A stretch of DNA of 25,723 bases from a virus (taxonomy: Duplodnaviria; Caudoviricetes), in the IMG/VR virus record IMGVR_UViG_3300010297_000072, positions 1 through 25,723 of that record; one strand, written 5' to 3'. The position numbers and the translations under genes were made by a program. Numbering within the stretch: position 1 is the first letter of the stretch; each line of letters starts with the position of its first letter. Positions 12,301 to 20,600 of the stretch are shown one piece after another. Under the pieces are notes generated by a model. It saw only the letters and a list, made by a program, of their open reading frames with translations. It had not been told where the DNA came from and ran no database searches.

Positions 12301-15300
12301 TTGGATCTACTTTAGTTGGAGGAAGAAATTTTGTTGGTGACTTTATTGTAGGATTCTCAACCATAACTGGTGTAGCATCCACAACTGGAATTAATGTTGG
12401 TGATATAATTCTTGGACCATCAGTTTCTGCAGGAACAACTGTAGTTTCTGTAGGATCTACTTTCGCATATTTTGTTGGTAATGTTGTGTCTGGTGGATCA
12501 TCAATAATTACAGGTATTGCAAACACGTCTATCCTAACCGTAGGATCTGGTATTTTCTCTGGAAATAATACTGGAATTGGTACAATTGTTTCTATTGGTA
12601 TTAACTCAATAACTTCCACAGAGGTTGTTGATGAAGGAACTGGAACGATTTTCTATTCCGAGCAACTAAAAACATCTGTAGAATTGTCTCAAGTATCCAC
12701 TGGAACGACATCAAGAACAAACTTTATCACTGGAATTACTACTGATATTGCTCCATCTACAGTATATGCTATCAGAGTAGATAATGATACATTCAAATTA
12801 ACTGGCATAAGTGGTGGAAATGGTATAGGATTTACATTTACATCGTCTGGATCTGGTAATCTTCATAAACTTGAAATGAAGAAAAAACTTGAAAAGAGTC
12901 TGATTACTGTAAATGGTGTTAATCAATACCCTATTATTTGGACTCCTATTAATCATACCTTAGAATATAATTATGGATCAATTGGTGCAGGAACAACATT
13001 CTTAGCACTTTCAGGCATTGCTTCAGTAGCACCTAGAGATTTAATTAGACTTGATGATGAATATTTGAGAGTAATTAATGTGGGTCTGGGAACCACAAAC
13101 ACTGGTCCTGTTACTGGTGTTGGAACAATTCCAATTGTTGAGGTTAATAGAGGATTTGTTGGATCTTCTGCAACAACTCACAATGATGGTATTGAAGCAA
13201 GAATTTATAGGGGTGCATATAATATTGTTGGAAATAAAATTCATTTTACAGAAGCACCAGATGGTAAAGGAAATAATGATCGTTTAGATCCAAGTGGACT
13301 TCCTCTACCAAAATCTACTTTTAACGGTAGAGTATTCTTACGTAGAGATTACGAATTTAATAAGTTGTATGATGATCTTTCAGATCAGTTTACTGGTATT
13401 GGAAGAACATTCAACTTAACAATTGAAGGACAAAATACATCTGGCGTTGAACCTGGAAGTGGATTAGTCTTCATCAACGATGTTTTCCAGACTCCTGATA
13501 CTGAAAACAACGCCGGAAATAATTACACACTAGAATCTGATGCAAATGCTGGTCTTACTACAGTAACATTTACATCAGTAACTAGACCAAATAGTGATAA
13601 TGTAATTGTTGTTGATTCCGATGTTAACCAAAACCAAGTTCCTCGTGGAGGTATTATTATCTCTCTCGGATCTACTGGAGGTCTTGGATATGCTCCATTA
13701 GTTGGTGCAAGAGTTATCACAAGAATTGGTGCTGGTGGATCGATCACAGAAATTGTTGGTATAGCAACCACTGGATCTTCGTATTCAATTAGCACATCAT
13801 CATACAATAATCTAACTGGTGTTTTAGAGATAACCACCTCTACTGATCACGGATTTACTGGATCTGGTAATAGAGTTTTCTTAGAGGGTCTTGAGTTTAG
13901 CTGCCCTGGTGGTTCTGGAATAACATCTACTATTTTCCCATATCCAGGATCAAGTCCATACGGATTTGTTTTCCCAGTTACTGGAATTATTTCTGCTACA
14001 ACTTTTACCGCACAGGTTGGAACTAGCACAATTACTCACACATATGTTGGTCAAGGAACGGCATATTCTTATTATGGTGATTTAACATTCGGTTCTGGAT
14101 ACTATGGAGGTCTTGTCGGTGTTGGAATTAGTGATACTACAGGATCTGGTGCAACAATTACTGCAGCAGTAGGTGCTGGAGGATCCCTAGCGTTTACTAT
14201 TGTTGATGGTGGTAGTGGATATACAAATCCATCAATTAGAGTTGATGATCCATCATACGAAAATCTTTCAATTGTAGGTGTTTCTAGACTATCGATAGGA
14301 AATACTACTGATGCTGGTATTGGTCTATCAATAACAGCAAATGTTGCACAATCTTCAATTGTTGGTGTCGGAACAAGTCTCTTTGAGGTAAAAACTACAA
14401 CAATAACCAAACCTGGATATGCATTTAGAAGAGGTGATAAATTCAAATTAGTTGGTCTTGTTACTGATGCTAGATTGTCTGAACCAACTGAAGAATTAGT
14501 CTTTACCGTTGAAGATGTATTTACAGATTCATTTGCATCATGGCAACTTGGTGAATTAGATTATATTGATAGTATAAAAAATCTTCAGAATGGTTCTAGA
14601 ACAAGATTCCCACTCTTTAGAAATAATGAATTATTGAGTTTTGAAAAAGATAGAACTAATCCAGAATCAGATTTGATTGACTTCAATGCAGTTCTACTCA
14701 TCTTTATCAATGGTGTAATGCAAGAACCTAATATTTCATATACATTTGAAGGTGGAACGACCTTTAGGTTTAAAGAAGCACCAAAAGCAGAGGATAATGT
14801 AGCAATCTTCTTCTATAGAGGAACTAGAAATGTTGATAGTTTTACAGTTAATGTAAATGAAACTGTAAAACCAGGCGACACTTTAAGACTTGATAAAAAT
14901 AACCAAATACCAAATACGTTTGAACAAACAGACCGTACAGTTTCACTGATTCAAAGTGCAGACGTTGTTGAAACTGGTATTTACATTGGAGATGGAATTG
15001 ATGAAAACAACTTTAGACCAATTCACTGGTCTAAACAAAAGAGAGATTTGATTGTAAAAGAAGATTACCAATTTAAATCTAGAGATTCTCTAGAACCATT
15101 TGTTATCCCAAATGCTAGGGTTATAAAAGATATTTCAACAACTGATGAAGAAATATTCTTGGAAAGTGCTCAACTATTCAAGTATGAGGAAAATGATCCT
15201 AACACTGATACAGTTATTCGCAGTTTTGAAGGTCTTTTAATTGAGTCTGATGCAGACCCAGTTTCTGCTGGATTCAGTGCTAGTGTTAGTGGATTCTCTA

Positions 15301-16055
15301 CAGTTTCTTCAATTGGAATTCTTACTGGTGGTAGTGGATATACACCAGGATCAACTATCACATTGAAAATTGGTGGTCCTGTAGGAGTTGGTAGCACTGC
15401 AACTGCAACGGCAACTGTTTCTGCTGCAGGAACTGTTTCATCAGTTAGTATAACAAATCCTGGAAGTGGATATACTTACACAAATCCACCTTCAGTATTA
15501 GCAGCATCTATTCCATCATTTACCAGAGAATTAATTCCTCAAATTAGATTCGTTGAAGGATTTAGTGGTATTGTTACTGGAATAACAACTTCTGCTGGAA
15601 CAGGATCTAATCCTCTAGCAATTAATTTCCAGGTACTGTATGATTCAAATTCTGATATTGATTCTTTACTTCAAGGATATTATATTCATATATCACAAAC
15701 AAACATTGGTTCTGGAGTAACATCGATTAATACATCAGATAGTGACGTTGTTGGTATTGGAACTACATTTGTTGATAATATTTACATTATTAATGATATT
15801 TCTAGGAACAACCTAGTTGGAGTTCTCACATGCAATATCTTATCAACTACAGACGTTTCTGGTATCGAAACATCTAGCGATTTTTCTGGAAGATTCTCTT
15901 GGGGAAGACTATCAGGAATTCAAAGATCTACTAGCCCAGTCTCTGTTGCTGTTAGTGGTTATACTGTAAATAGTGGTCTAACTACATTCCCACAAATATT
16001 AAGAAGAGGATATGGTTTGAGAGACACTGGTGGTCTCAGTAAGGAATTAGGTTAA
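3312..16055 (+). CDS. gp7: Giant baseplate wedge initiator gp7-like protein (4247 aa) with many inserted modules
   Basis: Lies between gp6 and gp8. N-terminal IENQLPEYV / EFLKQYY / FYQAKGT.ESFRILYN.LYG and internal DNDYYQNLSYSIK...VHPTGFKNF motifs of the gp7 core. Also repeated H-G-x-x-TG-D/E beta modules, GSGY repeats and a YHYH-like segment. GAGG SD at 3304-3307. Confidence 0.85.
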   Translation: MVTTGFDSRVKIQQIIENQLPEYVLTETPKAVEFLKQYYISQEFQGGVIDIAENLDQYKKLNNLNQDVISGVSTVTSNVSSSDTEIFVDNTKGFPPQYGLVKIDNEIITYTGITTNSFTGCVRGFSGITSYRSSSNPEELEFSTSNAESHSAGKVAENLSALFLKEFYRKLKQSLAPGFEDIDLVSDLNLNNFLKEVRTFYQAKGTSESFRILYNVLYGLDPKILNLKDFLVRSSDAEFIRREVLVTELISGSNPNNLVGQVIKSIDDTASAPVSEVEIITRNNRTLYKIQLFAGFDERSLIEGNFEITPKTKVVEKVLTTDTVITVDSTIGFNSSGSLQIGSDTVTYTDKSINQFFGCSGITATISPGSDIRSDNIIYGYENGDTTKRVELRITGVLSELDNQNDIYFRSVGDIISVKHIGKKIENPNDKTFKELIFNSWIYNTSSRYEVDSFSNNIVTLFETPDSSSLKLGDSVNVLDRNSENIIIEDAIVTAITNKSVTLNKNITGVSSTRKISIRRNVKNASSGLVDLKYPKITSNVQNTYDENSEYIHVASNSLPDYNITKDIVSKTLSITASSNLNNIFSGTRLNDNGITKYTILSFSTAVPFITGDAVVYTGTGSEISGLIFNQTYYVEVLEPSNSGDIKNKIRLYNARSFIGSDNYVEFDILSTVSDHIFTLEEQKGDKKLAPKKILRKIPLVQNIQSGTAEETKPGATGILINGVEIINYKSNDKIYYGPLEKVTIVNSGTDYDVLSPPNVVISNPTVGLGTTALVDLVVRGNLKEVIVDPNEVDVERVVSATITGGNGSGAVLEPFVEERFREISFNAQTTTFGGGVNISDDVISFLSFHNLQDGTPIVYNRNGNQPLGIGTYDGSNTDQGLYLTNGSVYYPEIVNTSTIKLYNTISDFNAGINTIGFTTANTGGVHKFRLLNGKNVLNYIQVVNGGSGYENRSLRVKPSGISTFTNTINFTNHGFSTGDLINYRNETGFGFVSSENVSGLSTDNQYYVLKIDDSKFRLANAGIKTATPSKSEFNRGKYVKLSSSGSGQHIFEYPPITLNLEVEYSGSIGTITATPIFKGEIVDAYLYESGTDYGSKILNFHRRPVVTIRNGQSAQLKPIISDGKIVKVEVQNSGLYYSSSPDLIVNGDGVGAKLRAEVSGGRIVNVVVVTTGTNYNPRNTSIEVKPLGRNGSLFADVRSLTINNNSRFSDEILLENGEDLSYGIVGYSTDREGVSFYESGESESEHSKIIGWAYDGNPIYGPYGYSNPKDRNSTLKILEPGYTTNLSNVYNRPSGFDLGFFVEDYVYTDSGDLDIYNGRFSKTPEFPNGTYAYYVGVSTNNVTNKLEPKFPYFIGNKYRSNSTVDLNQTQDYDFNNSNLIRNTFPYRVSQEYSNNDFIIEPNKIVKQNSVVEIISEGSVEKLTVLNSGDNYRVGESLVFDNDGTGGSGASAIVNSVKGKDIVNIETTSEVYNNALVLRKNLNQLEVKVSPYHDLLDGDIVEITGVSTTAIKNLSGSHRIGVTSNYSSLVFDVSSNATVGVVTDIYVSPFPSNISIGSTVGIGSETLSVINVFGDQNILRVSRGVSAGHTASTRVDFYNDKFTIDLESPYFISLDNQKVYFNPNISVSSGLDTGTFSNVQYQLGNQSNNVSVETQSIYIPNHPFVTNQRVLFVKPSTAGALIVRDTPDSSFFNLPESGNSQYVYIINKTPDTIGIVTTVGLTTTTNGLFFNSTGSNSDYYYFEPEYSQVTADVKKITTQVSVSTSHDLTYGDSVTLLVNPNLSVGVGTTASNVSIKYNSTFDKVLVNPIGFNSTGINTTTNKINIPLHGLKTGEKVFYDSSDLVASGLETGGYYVYRVNDDNIHLCDTYSDAISSPPRVVSIASTGGSGQELSLINPQLEVVKNNDIVFDLSDTSLVGYDLKFFFDSSFKNEFVSIGQTTVFSVSGVGTIGVSSTASVTVGFNTSIPNKLYYNLEKSGSTISVDTDVQNNSEILYRESEYQGTYNIFGVGSTTFNISLKEIPEKYSYTPSECDVLRYHTTSRTADGGIENVELISGGIGYKMLPNVSGVSTLSSGTNAVIKTNSRNIGKIEELRIANEGFEYASDKTLKPEADVPRLIRLQKSDKITQVSVLYGGKNYLSRPTLSLVNDTNRQKVSSGLLEAKLRGTALVSVDVIEEPKGLEAVQHTVFTENNSNGVSIERILSYTNGIVECEITTPAINGFVVAPFEEGDYVFVEGIQKQSTTDELGVVTSPGTGFNSADNGYRFFRVTDYVNSNPAIIKFDVGEYTDNAGTAVSPPTTFTSIVNRKNYPTFSINKIPSIFFIGEKILVNNQDTDLVVETANRNYITVTGEYELEYEDLLSGFKSGNLARVEEDVILKGSYTTNYSKSRKYGWKDDIGKLNNSYQVLPDNDYYQNLSYSIKTVGERYKDNKIVGFDRSKDSVNRLVHPTGFKNFVDVGITSSSSIGIGSDQFLSQVLDFINEERVDTFTNFDLALDYLPTTNSSDAIILQNKKLADFIQCISNRVLQIDDISNKFSSAEFNRDTFIDAFEYSVTDQFSKFLVQIVDEGESNIQTSELVILNNYDNTYTLNKADLYTGEESLGTLSGTFAENGNAAMRFSPTDPLISSYNLKIYRDYFSLSPTNIGVGFTDIGFIRLTARTEDFSTSGITTDIFKAQLSSIDTIYSNVFVRDEDTLEMNYFEVLAYHDGDNGYISEYYFNTQNNISGSSFGFIGTFGVSVDSGVFKLNFTNNTNNEVTVKAKTVGFGSTSSGIGTYRYLVPDQDAGSERSARLESSFQTSTGITTINTYDIGVEGTLKSMVRVGVGTTVALHQFLVVSDSGRANIQAYPYLSVGSASTSGIGTFGAEVDGSQVKVKFYPDSEFSSDSILIQKYEQFVYFDSDEFNTPDDFTYGVGIEEINTAFYGALNNFGKDRLEFDLNYEGTPIFEKIFNPNSASVLDKSTGIFTIPNHFFQTGEELIYTPYSSLAGVTASAVGIGSTLVGGRNFVGDFIVGFSTITGVASTTGINVGDIILGPSVSAGTTVVSVGSTFAYFVGNVVSGGSSIITGIANTSILTVGSGIFSGNNTGIGTIVSIGINSITSTEVVDEGTGTIFYSEQLKTSVELSQVSTGTTSRTNFITGITTDIAPSTVYAIRVDNDTFKLTGISGGNGIGFTFTSSGSGNLHKLEMKKKLEKSLITVNGVNQYPIIWTPINHTLEYNYGSIGAGTTFLALSGIASVAPRDLIRLDDEYLRVINVGLGTTNTGPVTGVGTIPIVEVNRGFVGSSATTHNDGIEARIYRGAYNIVGNKIHFTEAPDGKGNNDRLDPSGLPLPKSTFNGRVFLRRDYEFNKLYDDLSDQFTGIGRTFNLTIEGQNTSGVEPGSGLVFINDVFQTPDTENNAGNNYTLESDANAGLTTVTFTSVTRPNSDNVIVVDSDVNQNQVPRGGIIISLGSTGGLGYAPLVGARVITRIGAGGSITEIVGIATTGSSYSISTSSYNNLTGVLEITTSTDHGFTGSGNRVFLEGLEFSCPGGSGITSTIFPYPGSSPYGFVFPVTGIISATTFTAQVGTSTITHTYVGQGTAYSYYGDLTFGSGYYGGLVGVGISDTTGSGATITAAVGAGGSLAFTIVDGGSGYTNPSIRVDDPSYENLSIVGVSRLSIGNTTDAGIGLSITANVAQSSIVGVGTSLFEVKTTTITKPGYAFRRGDKFKLVGLVTDARLSEPTEELVFTVEDVFTDSFASWQLGELDYIDSIKNLQNGSRTRFPLFRNNELLSFEKDRTNPESDLIDFNAVLLIFINGVMQEPNISYTFEGGTTFRFKEAPKAEDNVAIFFYRGTRNVDSFTVNVNETVKPGDTLRLDKNNQIPNTFEQTDRTVSLIQSADVVETGIYIGDGIDENNFRPIHWSKQKRDLIVKEDYQFKSRDSLEPFVIPNARVIKDISTTDEEIFLESAQLFKYEENDPNTDTVIRSFEGLLIESDADPVSAGFSASVSGFSTVSSIGILTGGSGYTPGSTITLKIGGPVGVGSTATATATVSAAGTVSSVSITNPGSGYTYTNPPSVLAASIPSFTRELIPQIRFVEGFSGIVTGITTSAGTGSNPLAINFQVLYDSNSDIDSLLQGYYIHISQTNIGSGVTSINTSDSDVVGIGTTFVDNIYIINDISRNNLVGVLTCNILSTTDVSGIETSSDFSGRFSWGRLSGIQRSTSPVSVAVSGYTVNSGLTTFPQILRRGYGLRDTGGLSKELG

Positions 16056-16063
16056 CTTCTAAG

Positions 16064-16071
16064 TATAAATA
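16064..16071 (+). promoter_or_regulatory. T4-type late promoter (TATAAATA)
   Basis: Perfect consensus in the 34-nt gp7-gp8 intergenic space, 18 nt before the gp8 ATG. Confidence 0.85.
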
Positions 16072-16089
16072 TAGAAAAAAGCTAATAAT

Positions 16090-17646
16090 ATGTCTGCAAT
16101 TGTCACAGATCAATTTAGAATTCTGAATGCGAATAACTTTGTTGACTCTGTTCAGGACACTAATAACTCTTATTACGTTTTTCTGAGTCTGCCTAATCCA
16201 GATGCAGTTGGGTTTGGTAGATCTACGACTTGGGATACAAATGTCCCAAGTCCGTCTGATGATTTAAATTATCTTAATCATGTAAAGGATACTATTATCT
16301 TTGGTAGAAGAATAACAGCAAATAATGTAAGAAGGCTCATAAGGAGAGTTAATTGGACTCAAGGAACAATTTATGAGATGTATAGACATGATTATAATAT
16401 CTATAATCAGTCTCCACAAACTAGTTCAACTAGATTATATGATGCAAACTACTATGTAATCAATAGTGATTTTAGAGTTTATGTCTGTATTGATAATGGA
16501 TCCAATGCAGCAAAACCTGGCGGAAACTTCTCTCAGGATGAACCAACATTTATTGATTTAGAACCATCAAGAGCTGGAGAAAGCGGTGATGGATATGTTT
16601 GGAAATACTTATTCACAGTTTCTCCGAGTGATATTATTAAATTTGATTCCATTGAATACATTCCAGTTCCAAATGACTGGGATACTTCAACTGACGCTCA
16701 AATACAAGCAGTTCGTGAAAACGGCGATTCTACAGTAAATAATAATCAAATAAAAAAAGTATACGTAGATAATCAGGGTGCTGGATATAATAGCACTAGT
16801 GCCGAACTTGATATTATTGGTGATGGTACTGGAGGTAAAGTTATTGTAAATGTTAGTGGAGGAAAAATTTTAGAAACTACAGTATCTTCTGGCGGAAAAA
16901 ACTATACTTACGGAAGAGTTGATCTCTCATCTATTAATTCTGGCGCAACAACATTCGCTAAATTGATTCCAATTATTCCTCCTTCAAGAGGACATGGATT
17001 TGATATTTACAGTGAATTAGGAACTGATAAAGTTTTAATATATTCCAGATTTGATGATTCAACAAGAGATTTTCCTTTAGATACTAAATTTTCTCAAATA
17101 GGTATTATAAAAAATCCAACACAAATTGGATCTGCATCATCTATCTTTGCAGATAGTCAATTTTCCAATTTATATGCCTTGAAACTTCTCTCAGTATCAA
17201 ATCCCGACGATGCTGTTCCTGGTACTAAAATTTTCCAATCAGTAAGTGGAGTAGGAACTGCGGTCGGATATATTGCATCTTATGATGATGAAACTAGAGT
17301 TCTGAAATATTTTTCTGATAGATCATTATTCTTTAATCCCACATCATATGATCAAAAGGATTCATTTAACATCGTTAATGAAACCACATCAGTAAGTTTT
17401 ACCTCCTCTGGTGGAACAGTCAATTCTACAAGCAATTTTAGTTGCACAATTGATCCAAACTTCAGCGGTATTACAACAGCAGTAACAGCAACAAAGATAG
17501 TTAATTTAGCGACTCAATTCACAAATGGGGTTGCTTCACCAGAGATAAATAAAAACAGCGGAACCATTCTATATCTAGATAACAGACCAGTGGTTACGAG
17601 AAATCCAAGACAAAAAGAAGACATTAAAGTTATACTGGAATTCTAA
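16090..17646 (+). CDS. gp8: Baseplate wedge subunit gp8
   Basis: MSAIVTDQFRILNA.NF start, RVYVCIDNG, DGYVWKYLFTV and C-terminal SG.ILYLDNR..V.R...QKEDIKVILEF, typical of gp8. Confidence 0.93.
   Translation: MSAIVTDQFRILNANNFVDSVQDTNNSYYVFLSLPNPDAVGFGRSTTWDTNVPSPSDDLNYLNHVKDTIIFGRRITANNVRRLIRRVNWTQGTIYEMYRHDYNIYNQSPQTSSTRLYDANYYVINSDFRVYVCIDNGSNAAKPGGNFSQDEPTFIDLEPSRAGESGDGYVWKYLFTVSPSDIIKFDSIEYIPVPNDWDTSTDAQIQAVRENGDSTVNNNQIKKVYVDNQGAGYNSTSAELDIIGDGTGGKVIVNVSGGKILETTVSSGGKNYTYGRVDLSSINSGATTFAKLIPIIPPSRGHGFDIYSELGTDKVLIYSRFDDSTRDFPLDTKFSQIGIIKNPTQIGSASSIFADSQFSNLYALKLLSVSNPDDAVPGTKIFQSVSGVGTAVGYIASYDDETRVLKYFSDRSLFFNPTSYDQKDSFNIVNETTSVSFTSSGGTVNSTSNFSCTIDPNFSGITTAVTATKIVNLATQFTNGVASPEINKNSGTILYLDNRPVVTRNPRQKEDIKVILEF
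17544..17551 (+). promoter_or_regulatory. Putative late promoter embedded in the gp8 3' end (GATAAATA)
   Basis: 7/8 match within E-I-N-K codons, about 97 nt upstream of the next ATG (17649). Confidence 0.45.
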
Positions 17647-17648
17647 AG

Positions 17649-20600
17649 ATGTCACAAAAAACAGATTTAAATGTATCACCTTACTTTGACGATTTTGATC
17701 CCGCTAAAAATTTTTATCGGGTCTTATTTAAGCCAGGATTTCCAGTCCAGTCTAGAGAATTAACCACTTTACAGTCAATACTGCAAGGTCAAATAGAATC
17801 TTTTGGATCTCACTTTTTTAAAGAAGGATCTGTAGTTATTCCAGGAAATGTTATATATGATCCTGAGTATTATGCGGTAAAAATAAATGATTTACATTTA
17901 GGATTAGATGTTGGTGTATATTTAAAAGATTTAATCGGTAAAAAAATTAAGGGTCAGACATCTCAAGTTACTGCTATTGTTAAAAATGTTGTAACAAAAG
18001 AGGAGTCTGTAGATGATTCATATACACTTTTTGTAAAGTATCTAACATCAGACGTTAATAATACACCAAATCCATTTTCCAGTGGAGAAACTTTAATTTC
18101 ATTGAGTACTTTTGTTTATGGTAACACAACCGTAAATTCTGGACAAACAATTGCATCTCTACTAACAAATAATGCGACTTCTGTAGGTTCTGCAGTATCT
18201 ATTTCTGAAGGTGTATATTTTATTAGGGGTTCTTTTGTAACTGTAAGTGATAGTACATTAATATTAGACCAATATTCAAATACGCCATCTTATAGAGTTG
18301 GTTTAAATATTTCAGAAACAATTGAATTTGCATCATCTGAAAATCCAGAACTTTTTGATAATGCTAGAGGATTTTCAAATTACTCTGCTCCAGGTGCAGA
18401 CAGATTAAAAATTTCTGCAGTTTTATCAAAAAAAGCAATAACAGATTTTGATGATAAAAATTTTATTGAAATACTTAGAATCTCTAATGGCGTAATTAAA
18501 AAATTACAAGATAGTAATACATATTCTTTAATTAAAGATTATATTGCAAAAAGAACTTATGAAGAGTCTGGTGATTATTCGGTAAAACCTTTTAGTGTAG
18601 AAGTTAAAAATTCTTTGAACGATAGAATTTCTTCTGACGGAATTTATTTTGATACTCAAAAAACAGATCAAAACAACACGCCAACAGATGACTTATTGTC
18701 TGTTAGAATTTCCCCAGGAAAGGCGTATGTTAAAGGTTTTGATATTGAAAAATCGGAAACTACAATATTAGATGTAGAAAAACCCAGAGATACTTTAACT
18801 GTTTCTTCATCTTCAGTCCCATTTGAAATGGGAAATCTTCTTAGAGTGAACAATGTATCTGGATCACCAGTTATCGGAATTGATAACAACTACACTGTAA
18901 GTTTGCGTGATCAAAGAAAAAGTTCAACCATTTCTGGATCTGGTAATGAAATAGGTAAAGCAAGAGTATATTCTTTCGGACTATCTAATAGTGCATATTC
19001 AAATGCAACATCAAAGTGGGATTTGTATCTTTTTGATGTACAGACCCATACTAAACTTACCTTAAATCAATCTTTAAATTCAGATTCTTGTCCAGCATCT
19101 TCAAGAATTAAAGGTTTGAGCAGTGGTGCTACTGGATACGTTGTTTCTGCTCCAACAGATGAAAACGTAACAATTACACAAACATCTGGTACATTCAGTC
19201 CTGGAGAACAAATATCTATAAATGGTTCAACTGAATATTCTAGAACTGTTGAAACTGTTAGGGAATATAAGGTAAGTGATGTAAAGTCACTGTATCAAGA
19301 TTCAAGCACTATTGGATTATCTACAGATTTTGTTGCTGATACATTTTTATCAAGTAAAGTAATTCCAAACTTTAATTCTACCGACACCTTAACAATAAGT
19401 CCTTCCGGAATAGCAACTTGTGCTGGTAGAAACTTCATTGGTGTTGCTAGTGATACTATCATTAGATATCAAAGAACTGGATTCTCAACAGAAACTTTTA
19501 ACAGAATTTCTGGAATTTCTACTGACGGACTAACAATTACTCTGTCTGGTATTAGTACAGTAACTGGAGTTTGTGATGGTGCAATTCCCGATTCAGAAAC
19601 AAGTACAACATTTTCAATCGGTGTTCCATCAATATTGAATGAAGATAATGCATTTTTATATGCTAAGTTAAATGATAAAAATGTATCTGAAGTAAACTTT
19701 GTTGGATCTGAACTCAGAGTTTCTCGTCAAACAACAGGTAAATCGACAAACGCTGTCGGAACTTTAGCAGTTAGCCTTGCTGATGTTGGAATTACAAGCG
19801 CATACTTTGAAACTTTCGATACTGAAAGATACTCTGTAATTTACTCTGATGGAACTGTTGAACCATTAACTTCAGATAAGTTTTCTCTGGATAGTTCTGG
19901 AACTGCTATAACTTTGAGTGGATTGACCCCAAGTCAATCAAATGTGGTTGTAAATTCTACTGTAAAGAAAAACTCAATAAAAAATAAGCAAAAACTGTAT
20001 GTTAGAAGTCAAAAAATAGAAGTATCTAAGTGTGTATCTGGAGCTTCTGCTGCTGTTTCTGGATTGACCACAAGTAAGTATTATGGACTTAGAGTTCAAG
20101 ACGAAGAAATTTCTCTAAATGTTGCTGATGTTGCAAATGTTGTTGCAATTTACGAATCAGTTAATAATTCTTCTCCAGTTTTAGATTCATTAAACTTCCA
20201 ATCTGGGTTAGATTTAAACACCAATGCAATTCTTGGCGAAAAAGTAATTGGTGGAACTAGTGGAGCAGTAGGTCAAGTTGTAACAAGAAACACTTCAACA
20301 AAAGTTGAATTTGTTTATTTAAATTCAAATAAGTTCGTCAACAATGAAACTATTACTTTTGAAGAATCTAATATCGTAGCACCTGTACAATCTATTACTC
20401 CAGGAGCATATGTTGATAGAACTGAGGAGTATACTTTAGATAAAGGTCAAAGAGAGCAATTTTACGATTATTCTAGAATTGTAAGAAAAGATCCATCAAC
20501 TTCTCCAGCGAGAAGAATGTTGGTAATATATGATTACTATACTGTTCCATCTAGTGATAGTGGAGATGTATACACCGCAAACTCATATTCCCCAGAAAGA

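Noticed and set aside
10792-13287. Alternative-frame + strand ORFs 10792..10974 and 13078..13287 inside gp7
   Set aside because: Short, with non-ATG starts, no clear SD and a Leu-rich off-frame composition.
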